This document shows positions 57,152-64,000 of a stretch of 64,000 bases of DNA, in pieces. How positions within the stretch are numbered: position 1 is the stretch's first letter; each line of letters opens with the position of its first letter. The stretch comes from a virus. The stretch is from IMG/VR virus record IMGVR_UViG_3300027741_000029, positions 1-64,000 of that record. One strand, 5' to 3'. Both the position numbers and the translations under genes were made by a program. The notes under the pieces are model-generated. The model did not search any database. It worked only from the letters and a program-made list of their open reading frames with translations, and was not told where the DNA came from.

Positions 57152-57448
57152 TGGCACTGGCAGTTCCATAATAATTTTAACCTCTAAGAAAAAGAGAAAA
57201 ACAATGATTCGTAATTCAAACGTAAACCGTGTGTTCAATGACTTGGACGCATTTCGTAATTTCTGCCGTGAATATGGTTTTGTCTTTAACGAGGCAAACC
57301 TTTATCGTCGCAACAGCGAAGCCTATTATGCCTTTGAGCGTAAGCGCAAGGGAGAATACTTTAAAGATTTTAAGTGGGATGCTGATATTGGTCTTACCGA
57401 ACAGCTTCATGGAACTGCTCACTAATTAATCGGATTCTGCCAGTGCCA
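57152..57448. repeat. 12-bp perfect inverted repeat (57152-57163 / 57437-57448) enclosing a small gene
   Basis: tggcactggcag / ctgccagtgcca. Confidence 0.85.
57204..57425 (+). CDS. hypothetical protein
   Basis: VFNDLDAFRNFCREYGFVFNEANLY. Confidence 0.75.
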   Translation: MIRNSNVNRVFNDLDAFRNFCREYGFVFNEANLYRRNSEAYYAFERKRKGEYFKDFKWDADIGLTEQLHGTAH

Positions 57449-57721
57449 AACCTAGATGTTGCAGTTTATAATAAAGATGAATCTAAAATAGCAAAGTTTC
57501 CACTTGCATCGTTAAAAGGTTCACCAAGATATAATTTGTGGAATAAACGTAATGCAGCAATGCGTCAATTAAAAGATATTTTTAATCACCATGGGCTGCG
57601 CAATGGACAAGATTATGTTTTTCTTCAACTTGACAATGGACAAGAATTGCCTGTTATGTTTGCAGATGAACACCATGTAAGTTTTTTTATGTTGGCTTAT
57701 GAATGTCAAAAAAACCCTTAA
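57443..57721 (+). CDS. hypothetical protein
   Basis: GTG-start ORF; start uncertain. Confidence 0.55.
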   Translation: MPNLDVAVYNKDESKIAKFPLASLKGSPRYNLWNKRNAAMRQLKDIFNHHGLRNGQDYVFLQLDNGQELPVMFADEHHVSFFMLAYECQKNP

Positions 57722-58011
57722 TACTTGAATTTCCAAGTGCAGCACTTACCAAAAGACCTGTTTCAAACAGTTATGCAATTGGTCCCGGTGATTATGTAGA
57801 AGGCGGCGCACTCAACGCCAACTATCAGGATGTAGAGGCTGCTTGCATTATCTGCAATGCCATGGGCGAAGCAGGTTATAGATATAATGTAGATTTTACA
57901 TTTTTAACTTGCGGTTTAGATAAGGTTCATATACAATTTCATAATGATGAAGCAGCCGCATTTGCTGCTATGCGATTACCAATGAAGAGAGAAACTTATA
58001 ATGATTTATAA
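57703..58011 (+). CDS. hypothetical protein
   Basis: ORF. Confidence 0.6.
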   Translation: MSKKPLILEFPSAALTKRPVSNSYAIGPGDYVEGGALNANYQDVEAACIICNAMGEAGYRYNVDFTFLTCGLDKVHIQFHNDEAAAFAAMRLPMKRETYNDL

Positions 58012-58351
58012 TGAAGAAAGAATTTGGGGACATTTTACAGTGTTGCATGACGCTGGTAATGTCAAAGTAAAAGAACTTGTAGTAAAGCCAAGCCATTGCT
58101 TGAGTTACCAAAAACATAGTAAGCGCAGTGAATTTTGGGTTGTGCAAAGCGGTGTTGCCAGAGTTGTTACAAATCATAGCGATACAATGTACAATGACCG
58201 AACCGAAGTTTTACAGGCAGGTGAAACTATTACAATTTCAGTTGGTAACTGGCACCAAGTTATTAATATTGGCAATGAACCACTTGTTATTATTGAAACG
58301 CAATATGGTGAGGCATGTGATGAAGATGATATTGAAAGGCAGTTTCAATGA
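58001..58351 (+). CDS. mannose-6-phosphate isomerase-type cupin
   Basis: ERIWGHF, LSYQKHSKRSEFWVVQSG, IIETQYGEACDEDDIER. Confidence 0.9.
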   Translation: MIYNEERIWGHFTVLHDAGNVKVKELVVKPSHCLSYQKHSKRSEFWVVQSGVARVVTNHSDTMYNDRTEVLQAGETITISVGNWHQVINIGNEPLVIIETQYGEACDEDDIERQFQ

Positions 58352-58650
58352 AATGGTTTGATCGGTGGTTTCAACGGCAAACAAAGCGGTCTTGGGAAGC
58401 AGAACAAAAAGCACAGCACAACTTGATATATATTGATTCTAATCCAAGATCAATAAGTTCAAACAAAATTGGTGCCGATGGTATCAATATGAAACTACAT
58501 GTTGCCAATGGTGGTTACATTGTAGAATTTCACCGTTATGATAATATCAAAGATCGTGGTCTTAATGAACTGCATGTTATCAATGATAGTGAAGAATTAG
58601 GCGAGCGGTTAAGTGAAATCATAGTTCAGTACGTACTAAGTAATCATTGA
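58348..58650 (+). CDS. hypothetical protein
   Basis: ANGGYIVEF; ATGA overlap. Confidence 0.7.
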   Translation: MKWFDRWFQRQTKRSWEAEQKAQHNLIYIDSNPRSISSNKIGADGINMKLHVANGGYIVEFHRYDNIKDRGLNELHVINDSEELGERLSEIIVQYVLSNH

Positions 58651-58889
58651 TGACCGAAGAAGAATTTTTAGAGATTGATATTACAGAAGAAGAAGTTGAG
58701 TATCTAATACTAAAGTACATTAGAGACCAAACTGCGTTAGGGCGAGACAAGATTCCTATTGCTGAAATCTATGAATATCTGGAGTCTGAACCGCCGGAAA
58801 TGGAAGATTTGGAAGAAACTTATGCGGTGCTGACCTCTAGTGCCGAACGGGTTATTGCCCAATTTGAGGCAAAAAATAGATTAAATTAG
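58650..58889 (+). CDS. acidic hypothetical protein
   Basis: TGATG coupling. Confidence 0.65.
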   Translation: MTEEEFLEIDITEEEVEYLILKYIRDQTALGRDKIPIAEIYEYLESEPPEMEDLEETYAVLTSSAERVIAQFEAKNRLN

Positions 58890-58892
58890 CCC

Positions 58893-58920
58893 TTGACAAA
58901 CCCGATAAATATGTTATATT
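58893..58920 (+). promoter_or_regulatory. early sigma70-type promoter
   Basis: TTGACA-N16(TG)-TATATT. Confidence 0.8.
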
Positions 58921-58947
58921 GGTTATAGTCAATTGGAGAGAACCACC

Positions 58948-59268
58948 ATGCGTAAAACCCTAGCAATCTTACTCGCAGCCGCAACATTATTTACCGCAAC
59001 GGCAGTAAATGCTGACTGGAACGGGCATCGTCATTATGGCGGTGGTGGTGGCAATGGTGGCAATTGGGTTGCTCCTCTGGTTGGTGGGTTGATTGTTGGT
59101 GGTATTCTAGGCGGTATGGCGCAACAGAACCAACAACAGTATTATGGTCAACCACAATATTATCCACAACCACAATACTATCAGCCGCAGACGTTTTGTC
59201 GCTTGGTTCCTGTGTATGATGCATGGGGCAATTATGTAGGTCGTCAACGTCAGTGCTGGCAACAATAA
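58948..59268 (+). CDS. secreted Gly/Gln/Tyr-rich protein
   Basis: signal peptide, glycine-zipper helix, C-terminal Cys pair. Confidence 0.75.
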   Translation: MRKTLAILLAAATLFTATAVNADWNGHRHYGGGGGNGGNWVAPLVGGLIVGGILGGMAQQNQQQYYGQPQYYPQPQYYQPQTFCRLVPVYDAWGNYVGRQRQCWQQ

Positions 59269-59276
59269 GGTGATAT

Positions 59277-59720
59277 ATGGGATTTCTCGACAAACTACTT
59301 GGTAAATCAACAAACAATGACGCTAACGCTTCTGCTGTTGTTACAGAAAGCGCACCACTAGCCTCTACTAAAACTAGCACAAAACCTAAGAAACCTCGTA
59401 AACCACGTGTGAAGAAGGTTGTTGAGGAAACAACTGCTTCACAAATTGAACCGCAAGTCAAGGTTATAAAGTTTGACTTTGATCCTGCTAATCCACAAAT
59501 TGGTTCTATGGAACTTGATTGGAATGCAGAGTTTATTGAGATGCTACGTCAAAACGGCTATCGTGGTGTAAATCCAGAGGCACTCGTTGATGCGTGGCTA
59601 AATGATGTTGCTCGCAATATCATTAATAGTTCACAGCCAAGTACACAACAAAATCCTGACGGCACAAGCCGTTATGTCAATCGCCGTGATTTAGGTGATG
59701 GACTCAGTGAATTCAGTTAA
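59277..59720 (+). CDS. conserved hypothetical phage protein
   Basis: ELDWNAEFIEML...VDAWLNDVARNI. Confidence 0.75.
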   Translation: MGFLDKLLGKSTNNDANASAVVTESAPLASTKTSTKPKKPRKPRVKKVVEETTASQIEPQVKVIKFDFDPANPQIGSMELDWNAEFIEMLRQNGYRGVNPEALVDAWLNDVARNIINSSQPSTQQNPDGTSRYVNRRDLGDGLSEFS

Positions 59721-59723
59721 TAC

Positions 59724-59752
59724 TTGACAAACCCCTAACTAGGTATTATATT
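59724..59752 (+). promoter_or_regulatory. sigma70-type promoter, predicted leaderless mRNA
   Basis: TTGACA-N17-TATATT-N6-ATG. Confidence 0.75.
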
Positions 59753-59758
59753 AGTATT

Positions 59759-60760
59759 ATGAAATATCTTCTCGTAGATACAGCAAACCTGTTCGCTCGT
59801 GCACGTCACTCTACTGCACGTAGCGCAGATACTTGGCAAAAGATTGGATTGGCATTGCATATTATGTTCAATGTCATACAGAAAATGCATCGTCTGCATA
59901 AGCCAGACCACGTTATCTTTGCTCTTGAGGCACGTAGCTGGCGCAAAGATCATAACACAACTTATAAGGCAAATCGTGCTGTTGTTAAGTCTAAGATGAC
60001 AGTTCGTGAAGCAGAAGAAGATAAAGAGTTTTGGGAAGTTTATAGTGAATTTACCAAATGGATTGATGAACGCACAAACTGCAGCGTAATTCGTGTTGAA
60101 CGTGCAGAAGCAGATGATATCATCGCTCGTTGGACTGCGCTTCATCCTAATGATGAACACATCATCCTATCCAACGATACTGATTTTTATCAGTTGCTTA
60201 GCGATAAGGTTACCATTTATAATGGTATGACCAATCAATATATCACTCTACAAGGTTTCTTTGAAGATAACGGCAAGACTGTTATGGATAAACTTACTAA
60301 AGCACCAAAGACTGTCGGTGATCCTAAGTTTATCCTCTTTGAGAAATGTATGCGTGGTGACCCCACAGATAATATTATGACTGCAAATCCTGGCGTTCGT
60401 ACTAAGGGCAGTACCAAAAAGGTAGGTCTGGTAGAGGCTTATGCTGACCGTGATCGCAAAGGCTATGCATGGAATAATATGATGCTGCAACGTTGGGTTG
60501 ATCATAATGGTGCGGAACACCGTGTGCTTGACCGATATGAAGAAAACCGTGTGCTTGTTGATCTCACTGCACAGCCCGAAGAAATTCGTGATGCTATTGA
60601 CGCTGCACTAATTGGAATTAATCCTAAAGAAAACCGTCAGATTGGTACACAATTGATTAAGTTCTGCTCCAAGTATGAACTTATTAAACTTAGTGAGAAT
60701 GTTCAACCTATTGCTGAAATACTCAGCAAACCACTTGTAAAGGAATATCAATATGCGTAA
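59759..60760 (+). CDS. rnh: T4-type RNase H / 5'-3' exonuclease
   Basis: LLVDTANL, EADDII, SNDTDF, GDPTDNI. Confidence 0.92.
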   Translation: MKYLLVDTANLFARARHSTARSADTWQKIGLALHIMFNVIQKMHRLHKPDHVIFALEARSWRKDHNTTYKANRAVVKSKMTVREAEEDKEFWEVYSEFTKWIDERTNCSVIRVERAEADDIIARWTALHPNDEHIILSNDTDFYQLLSDKVTIYNGMTNQYITLQGFFEDNGKTVMDKLTKAPKTVGDPKFILFEKCMRGDPTDNIMTANPGVRTKGSTKKVGLVEAYADRDRKGYAWNNMMLQRWVDHNGAEHRVLDRYEENRVLVDLTAQPEEIRDAIDAALIGINPKENRQIGTQLIKFCSKYELIKLSENVQPIAEILSKPLVKEYQYA

Positions 60761-60962
60761 TTTTTTTGTAAAGTATTTTCCATGGGTAATTATCATTTTC
60801 TTTGGATATGAGATTTTTCACTATTGGAACCTTGACCAAGACCGTGTTCTAATGGATATCGTTGCTGCTATTGGTTGGGCTTCATTTATTGAAGTTCGTA
60901 GTGAATATAATTCATTTTTTGACATGATTGAAGGAAAGATTAAAGATGACACTCAAGGCTAA
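60753..60962 (+). CDS. small membrane protein
   Basis: two hydrophobic helices. Confidence 0.6.
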   Translation: MRNFFVKYFPWVIIIFFGYEIFHYWNLDQDRVLMDIVAAIGWASFIEVRSEYNSFFDMIEGKIKDDTQG

Positions 60963-61425
60963 AAACATTGTAGAAAATCGTTTCTGGATTATTGAAAACG
61001 ACAAAGGCGAACGCATTGGAAACATTGCGCAAACCAATAGCGGCGTTCGTTGCACAGTTAGTGATGTAGTAGAAGTATTTCCAAGTATGGCAGAAATGTC
61101 AGAAAAGAAAAATATCTCTATTGTTCGCAGAACTCGTGAACTTAAAACAAAAACAATTGATGGTGAAGTATATGGTTTTCCCACCAATCATACACCGCAC
61201 AATACGCTATGGAATGTAAAACTTAAACTTCCACTATACACTAAAAATGATAAGAGTAGTTCATTCTACTGTGCTGGTTATTATATTGTTAAGTATAATA
61301 AATCATTCGTAGCAGAATATGCACCTAAACTTATTACGCTACAACGATATGAATATGAAGGTCCATTTAAGACCAAGTTGGAACAGCAAGAACGTTTAAG
61401 GATCATGAATAGTGAGACCGCCTAG
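60946..61425 (+). CDS. conserved hypothetical phage protein
   Basis: YTKNDKSSSFYCAGYY...YEGPFKT. Confidence 0.75.
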   Translation: MTLKAKNIVENRFWIIENDKGERIGNIAQTNSGVRCTVSDVVEVFPSMAEMSEKKNISIVRRTRELKTKTIDGEVYGFPTNHTPHNTLWNVKLKLPLYTKNDKSSSFYCAGYYIVKYNKSFVAEYAPKLITLQRYEYEGPFKTKLEQQERLRIMNSETA

Positions 61426-61636
61426 AACACATCATATTAGAGAATTTATTAATCGTGGACAAAACATTGTTGGCAATAACTTAGTTCTTGATAAGGAAAC
61501 CATTGCCAATGTTACAAAAGAACTTGCTGATGTTCTTGCACATGTGCTTGAACTTGAAAGTAAAATTGCAGAACTAGAAGAAAAAGTTCAGAATAACAAC
61601 GTTCTTACGGTTGAATTGGTAGGAGATAATTTTTAA
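61412..61636 (+). CDS. coiled-coil hypothetical protein
   Basis: ORF. Confidence 0.65.
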   Translation: MRPPRTHHIREFINRGQNIVGNNLVLDKETIANVTKELADVLAHVLELESKIAELEEKVQNNNVLTVELVGDNF

Positions 61637-61678
61637 ACCTAATTTCAATAGGCTAAATAATTTTAGCGAATACTCAAT

Positions 61679-61987
61679 ATGTCAAGACCTAAGCCTCAAG
61701 TACTACTTGAAATTACTAATAAACAAACATATAAGTCAGAACAAGTTTTGGCTAGCGAAGGCATATGGGCTATCTTCTTAGATAATAAGCCAGTTAATCT
61801 TAAAACTACAAGTATGTTAGCACAATATGCTGGTCCAAAATATAAGAAAAGTTCATTTTCAAATCCTGGTCACGCTATCAATCTTTGCAAGAAACTTAAT
61901 ACACAATTCAAAACAACTCGTTTCAGTGTAGTTCTACTTAATAGTGGACCATCGGTTTATCCTGCAAAAAATGACACAAAAGTCTAA
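61679..61987 (+). CDS. conserved hypothetical phage protein
   Basis: MSRPKPQVLLE...PKYKKSSFSNPGHA; late box at 61654. Confidence 0.8.
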   Translation: MSRPKPQVLLEITNKQTYKSEQVLASEGIWAIFLDNKPVNLKTTSMLAQYAGPKYKKSSFSNPGHAINLCKKLNTQFKTTRFSVVLLNSGPSVYPAKNDTKV

Positions 61988-62351
61988 GACCGATTGGACA
62001 CATGAATTATATCATCTTGCACACGGTGAAGATGCGTTCATTCCACATATAAATCAAAAAAATATCTATATTCTTTATTGGTATAATAACAATAAAAATT
62101 TTGGTTTCAGGCTCAATAACACTGCATTTGAGATTATGCGCAATGCTGGTTATAAATTCTATGAGCATCAAATTGACAGACGGAAGTATCAAATCAATGG
62201 CAAAGAACTAGTGTTAATGGATCGCTATCATAACCACCCTTGGTTTTACCAAATGAGCAAAGGTGAACTATTCCTAATGGATAGCGAACTCTCTATGATG
62301 TTAGAACTTTGTGGTGGAAATTTAGGGCAAGCTATTCAAAATATGTCTTGA
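61971..62351 (+). CDS. hypothetical protein
   Basis: ATG at 61971. Confidence 0.7.
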   Translation: MTQKSKTDWTHELYHLAHGEDAFIPHINQKNIYILYWYNNNKNFGFRLNNTAFEIMRNAGYKFYEHQIDRRKYQINGKELVLMDRYHNHPWFYQMSKGELFLMDSELSMMLELCGGNLGQAIQNMS

Positions 62352-62375
62352 CAGATATATAATCCATGCTATATT
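62348..62375 (+). promoter_or_regulatory. early sigma70-type promoter
   Basis: TTGACA-N16(TG)-TATATT followed by cataatataagcaatgg. Confidence 0.85.
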
Positions 62376-62401
62376 CATAATATAAGCAATGGGGAAAGGC
62401 A

Positions 62402-62521
62402 ATGCGCAGCGCAGAAGCAAGAGAATTAGCGAAACCGCTGTACCGTCAGCGAATAGTTCTTGCCAAAAAAGGCAAAGGCAGTTATAATCGTAAGAAGCAA
62501 AAGGAAACTAGCAATGACTGA
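62402..62521 (+). CDS. arfA: ArfA-like alternative ribosome-rescue factor (39 aa), not in ORF track
   Basis: MRSAEARELAKPLYRQRIVLAKKGKGSYNRKKQKETSND matches the ArfA core PLFRQR...KKGKGSYxRK; SD and own promoter. Confidence 0.75.
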   Translation: MRSAEARELAKPLYRQRIVLAKKGKGSYNRKKQKETSND

Positions 62522-63161
62522 TACCATTTCTCTCAAAGATGCCATGACTGCCGCCGTAGCCGCCCAACGGGTTAATGGCAAGTATATCAAGCGTTATGAT
62601 GCCAAGGAAGGTGAACTTTCCAATGGCGCACTTATGCGTGAATTTCTCAATCCAGAAATGGTAAACTTTGACCATTTGCCACAAGACATTGAAATTGCTG
62701 ATCAAATTCTAGAGTATCTTGATAGCAAAATGATTGAACTTATTGCTGGCACTCTCCATGATTATTGGAAGAATCTTGTCCTATTGACAGAACAAAAGGC
62801 AATTAATGCCAAGGATTTCAAGACCTTAGCCTTGGTTGCCAGCGTTCCTAACTCCTATTTTAACGCAATTGGGCGTGAAAAAGCGCAGGATGAACTGCGT
62901 GTTATTGCCGAAAATAGCCGTCATATTGGCAAGGTTGGCGACAATATTGAAGCAGATTTGACCATCAAATCAGCGGTTTATAGTGCCAACTATAACAAAT
63001 GGTATCATACCGCCCTCACTGCTGACCAAAATTTGGTCTGTTTTCCGCTGTCAGAACAGTTAAATCGGGGCGATATTATCGCTATTTCGGCTAGAATTCA
63101 CAAGCATGATGACAATAATCAGACCCGTTTACACTATGTGCGGATCAAAAAAAGTGCTTGA
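62514..63161 (+). CDS. hypothetical protein with probable C-terminal OB fold
   Basis: HIGKVGDNIEADLTI...TRLHYVRI. Confidence 0.7.
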   Translation: MTDTISLKDAMTAAVAAQRVNGKYIKRYDAKEGELSNGALMREFLNPEMVNFDHLPQDIEIADQILEYLDSKMIELIAGTLHDYWKNLVLLTEQKAINAKDFKTLALVASVPNSYFNAIGREKAQDELRVIAENSRHIGKVGDNIEADLTIKSAVYSANYNKWYHTALTADQNLVCFPLSEQLNRGDIIAISARIHKHDDNNQTRLHYVRIKKSA

Positions 63162-63185
63162 CAACCCTTAAATCTGTGTTATATT
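63158..63185 (+). promoter_or_regulatory. early sigma70-type promoter
   Basis: TTGACA-N16(TG)-TATATT followed by cataatataagcaatgg. Confidence 0.85.
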
Positions 63186-63215
63186 CATAATATAAGCAAT
63201 GGAAAGGTATACCCC

Positions 63216-63419
63216 ATGAACCACATCGAAGCCATCCGCATGGATTTAACCGCTCTTGAAGCCTCATATTCACTTTATATGGATACCGAATGTTATGATG
63301 AAGCCAATATGGTATCAAAAGCCATCGACATGCAGTGGGGCTTGCTAATTGCGGCAATCCGTGCAGAAGACCCCCATACCACAGAAGCCGATATCCGTTA
63401 CTTTGAAAATAATGCTTGA
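63216..63419 (+). CDS. hypothetical early protein
   Basis: own promoter and SD. Confidence 0.7.
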   Translation: MNHIEAIRMDLTALEASYSLYMDTECYDEANMVSKAIDMQWGLLIAAIRAEDPHTTEADIRYFENNA

Positions 63420-63443
63420 CAACTCCTAAATCCATGTTATATT
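63416..63443 (+). promoter_or_regulatory. early sigma70-type promoter
   Basis: TTGACA-N16(TG)-TATATT. Confidence 0.85.
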
Positions 63444-63472
63444 AAGTTATAGTCAATTGATGGAGAACACGG

Positions 63473-63643
63473 ATGCGCAATTCTTGGTCATTTTCTCAGT
63501 ATCTTGAAGAAATCATCACCCTAAGCGAAATCGTTGAAATTCCTGGCATTGAGGAATCCCGTGCTTCTCTTATCACAGAAATGTGGGCTAAATTTCCTAA
63601 AGAATGTGTGGCAATCGGTCTCACTGACGGGGTTAAAAAATAA
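63473..63643 (+). CDS. 56-aa early protein, not in ORF track
   Basis: GGAG SD; MRNSWSFSQYLEEII...GVKK. Confidence 0.65.
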   Translation: MRNSWSFSQYLEEIITLSEIVEIPGIEESRASLITEMWAKFPKECVAIGLTDGVKK

Positions 63644-63646
63644 CCC

Positions 63647-63674
63647 TTGACAGCCTCTAATTCTGTGTTATATT
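63647..63674 (+). promoter_or_regulatory. early sigma70-type promoter
   Basis: TTGACA-N16(TG)-TATATT followed by actaatataagcaatgg. Confidence 0.85.
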
Positions 63675-63700
63675 ACTAATATAAGCAATGGAGCGGCGAA

Positions 63701-63979
63701 ATGGCACAAGTAAGCACCCGTAAGGCTAAGATTTCCACTATCCTTCATAACCGTTATTTTACCAAAGGTGTACAGGATGCGGTAGCAGGTCGCCCATTTG
63801 ACCCCGATTATGACAAGTGGGAAACTGCTTCTCACGGTGCCGCACAGTGGTGTTACGAGCGTGGTCGCCAATATGGTATTGCCACAGGCGGTAAAGTTCC
63901 TACTAAAACTGGTAAGCGAATTAACTATTTTGCTATTCGTGAGTTTAACCGTCTTTACCATGATGGTTCAATTATCTGA
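63701..63979 (+). CDS. hypothetical early protein
   Basis: own promoter and GGAG SD; YERGRQYG. Confidence 0.7.
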   Translation: MAQVSTRKAKISTILHNRYFTKGVQDAVAGRPFDPDYDKWETASHGAAQWCYERGRQYGIATGGKVPTKTGKRINYFAIREFNRLYHDGSII

Positions 63980-64000
63980 TAAAAAGTGCTTGACAACCCC

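Larger units (their letters stand above)
4782..61659. promoter_or_regulatory. T4 gp55-type late promoter boxes (TAAATA core) directly upstream of genes at 4782, 5004, 5929, 8554, 10810, 15850, 18637, 21611, 21554(-), 28217, 30186, 31343, 37720, 42454, 43565, 44493, 47738, 50666, 52183(-), 61654
   Basis: positional recurrence before starts; T4 late consensus is TATAAATA; the hexamer alone is common in AT-rich DNA. Confidence 0.7.

Noticed and set aside
188-63961. Most short minus-strand and alternate-frame ORFs in the track
   Set aside because: They are shadows of well-supported + strand genes, without promoters, SDs or motifs. Only phoH and 51484-52134 are supported on the minus strand.
1-64000. 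Stop-codon reassignment (alternative genetic code)
   Set aside because: Conserved genes (polymerase, ClpA, clamp loader) are full-length in the standard code, and TAA, TGA and TAG all end plausible genes.
1-64000. tRNA or rRNA genes
   Set aside because: No cloverleaf or T-loop (GGTTCGA) context found by eye; a tRNAscan run would be needed to exclude them fully.

Overview
AT-rich segment of a large T4-related (jumbo-type) dsDNA phage genome, almost all on the + strand. It holds small early genes (0.6-8.5 kb, 56.8-64 kb), virion tail/baseplate-like genes (8.6-16.8 kb), T4-like replication genes (clamp loader, DsbA, family B DNA polymerase, sliding clamp, RNase H), chaperones (GroES, DnaJ, ClpA), a spanin/holin cassette, and host-derived genes (IF-1, IscA/HesB, PhoH, MazG, an ArfA-like micro-ORF missing from the ORF track). 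The host is probably an alphaproteobacterium (inference). The main finding is a ~21 kb late-promoter cluster (30.2-51.0 kb). Its proteins start with short Glu-terminated leaders resembling T4 capsid-targeting sequences, and they are built as strings of unrelated domains joined by hydrophobic-x-Glu linkers resembling prohead-protease sites. The domains include a HIGH nucleotidyltransferase, RyR, ParB, two ADP-ribosyltransferase-like domains, HiPIP, three amidoligases, LysM and small basic Cys modules. I infer a packaged, protease-processed effector polyprotein system. A GIY-YIG/NUMOD3 endonuclease gene has duplicated one of these leaders. The ORF track labels PhoH (20760-21548) as +, but it is on the minus strand. 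No tRNA, rRNA or CRISPR array was seen. All domain calls are by-eye motif recognition; no database search was run.
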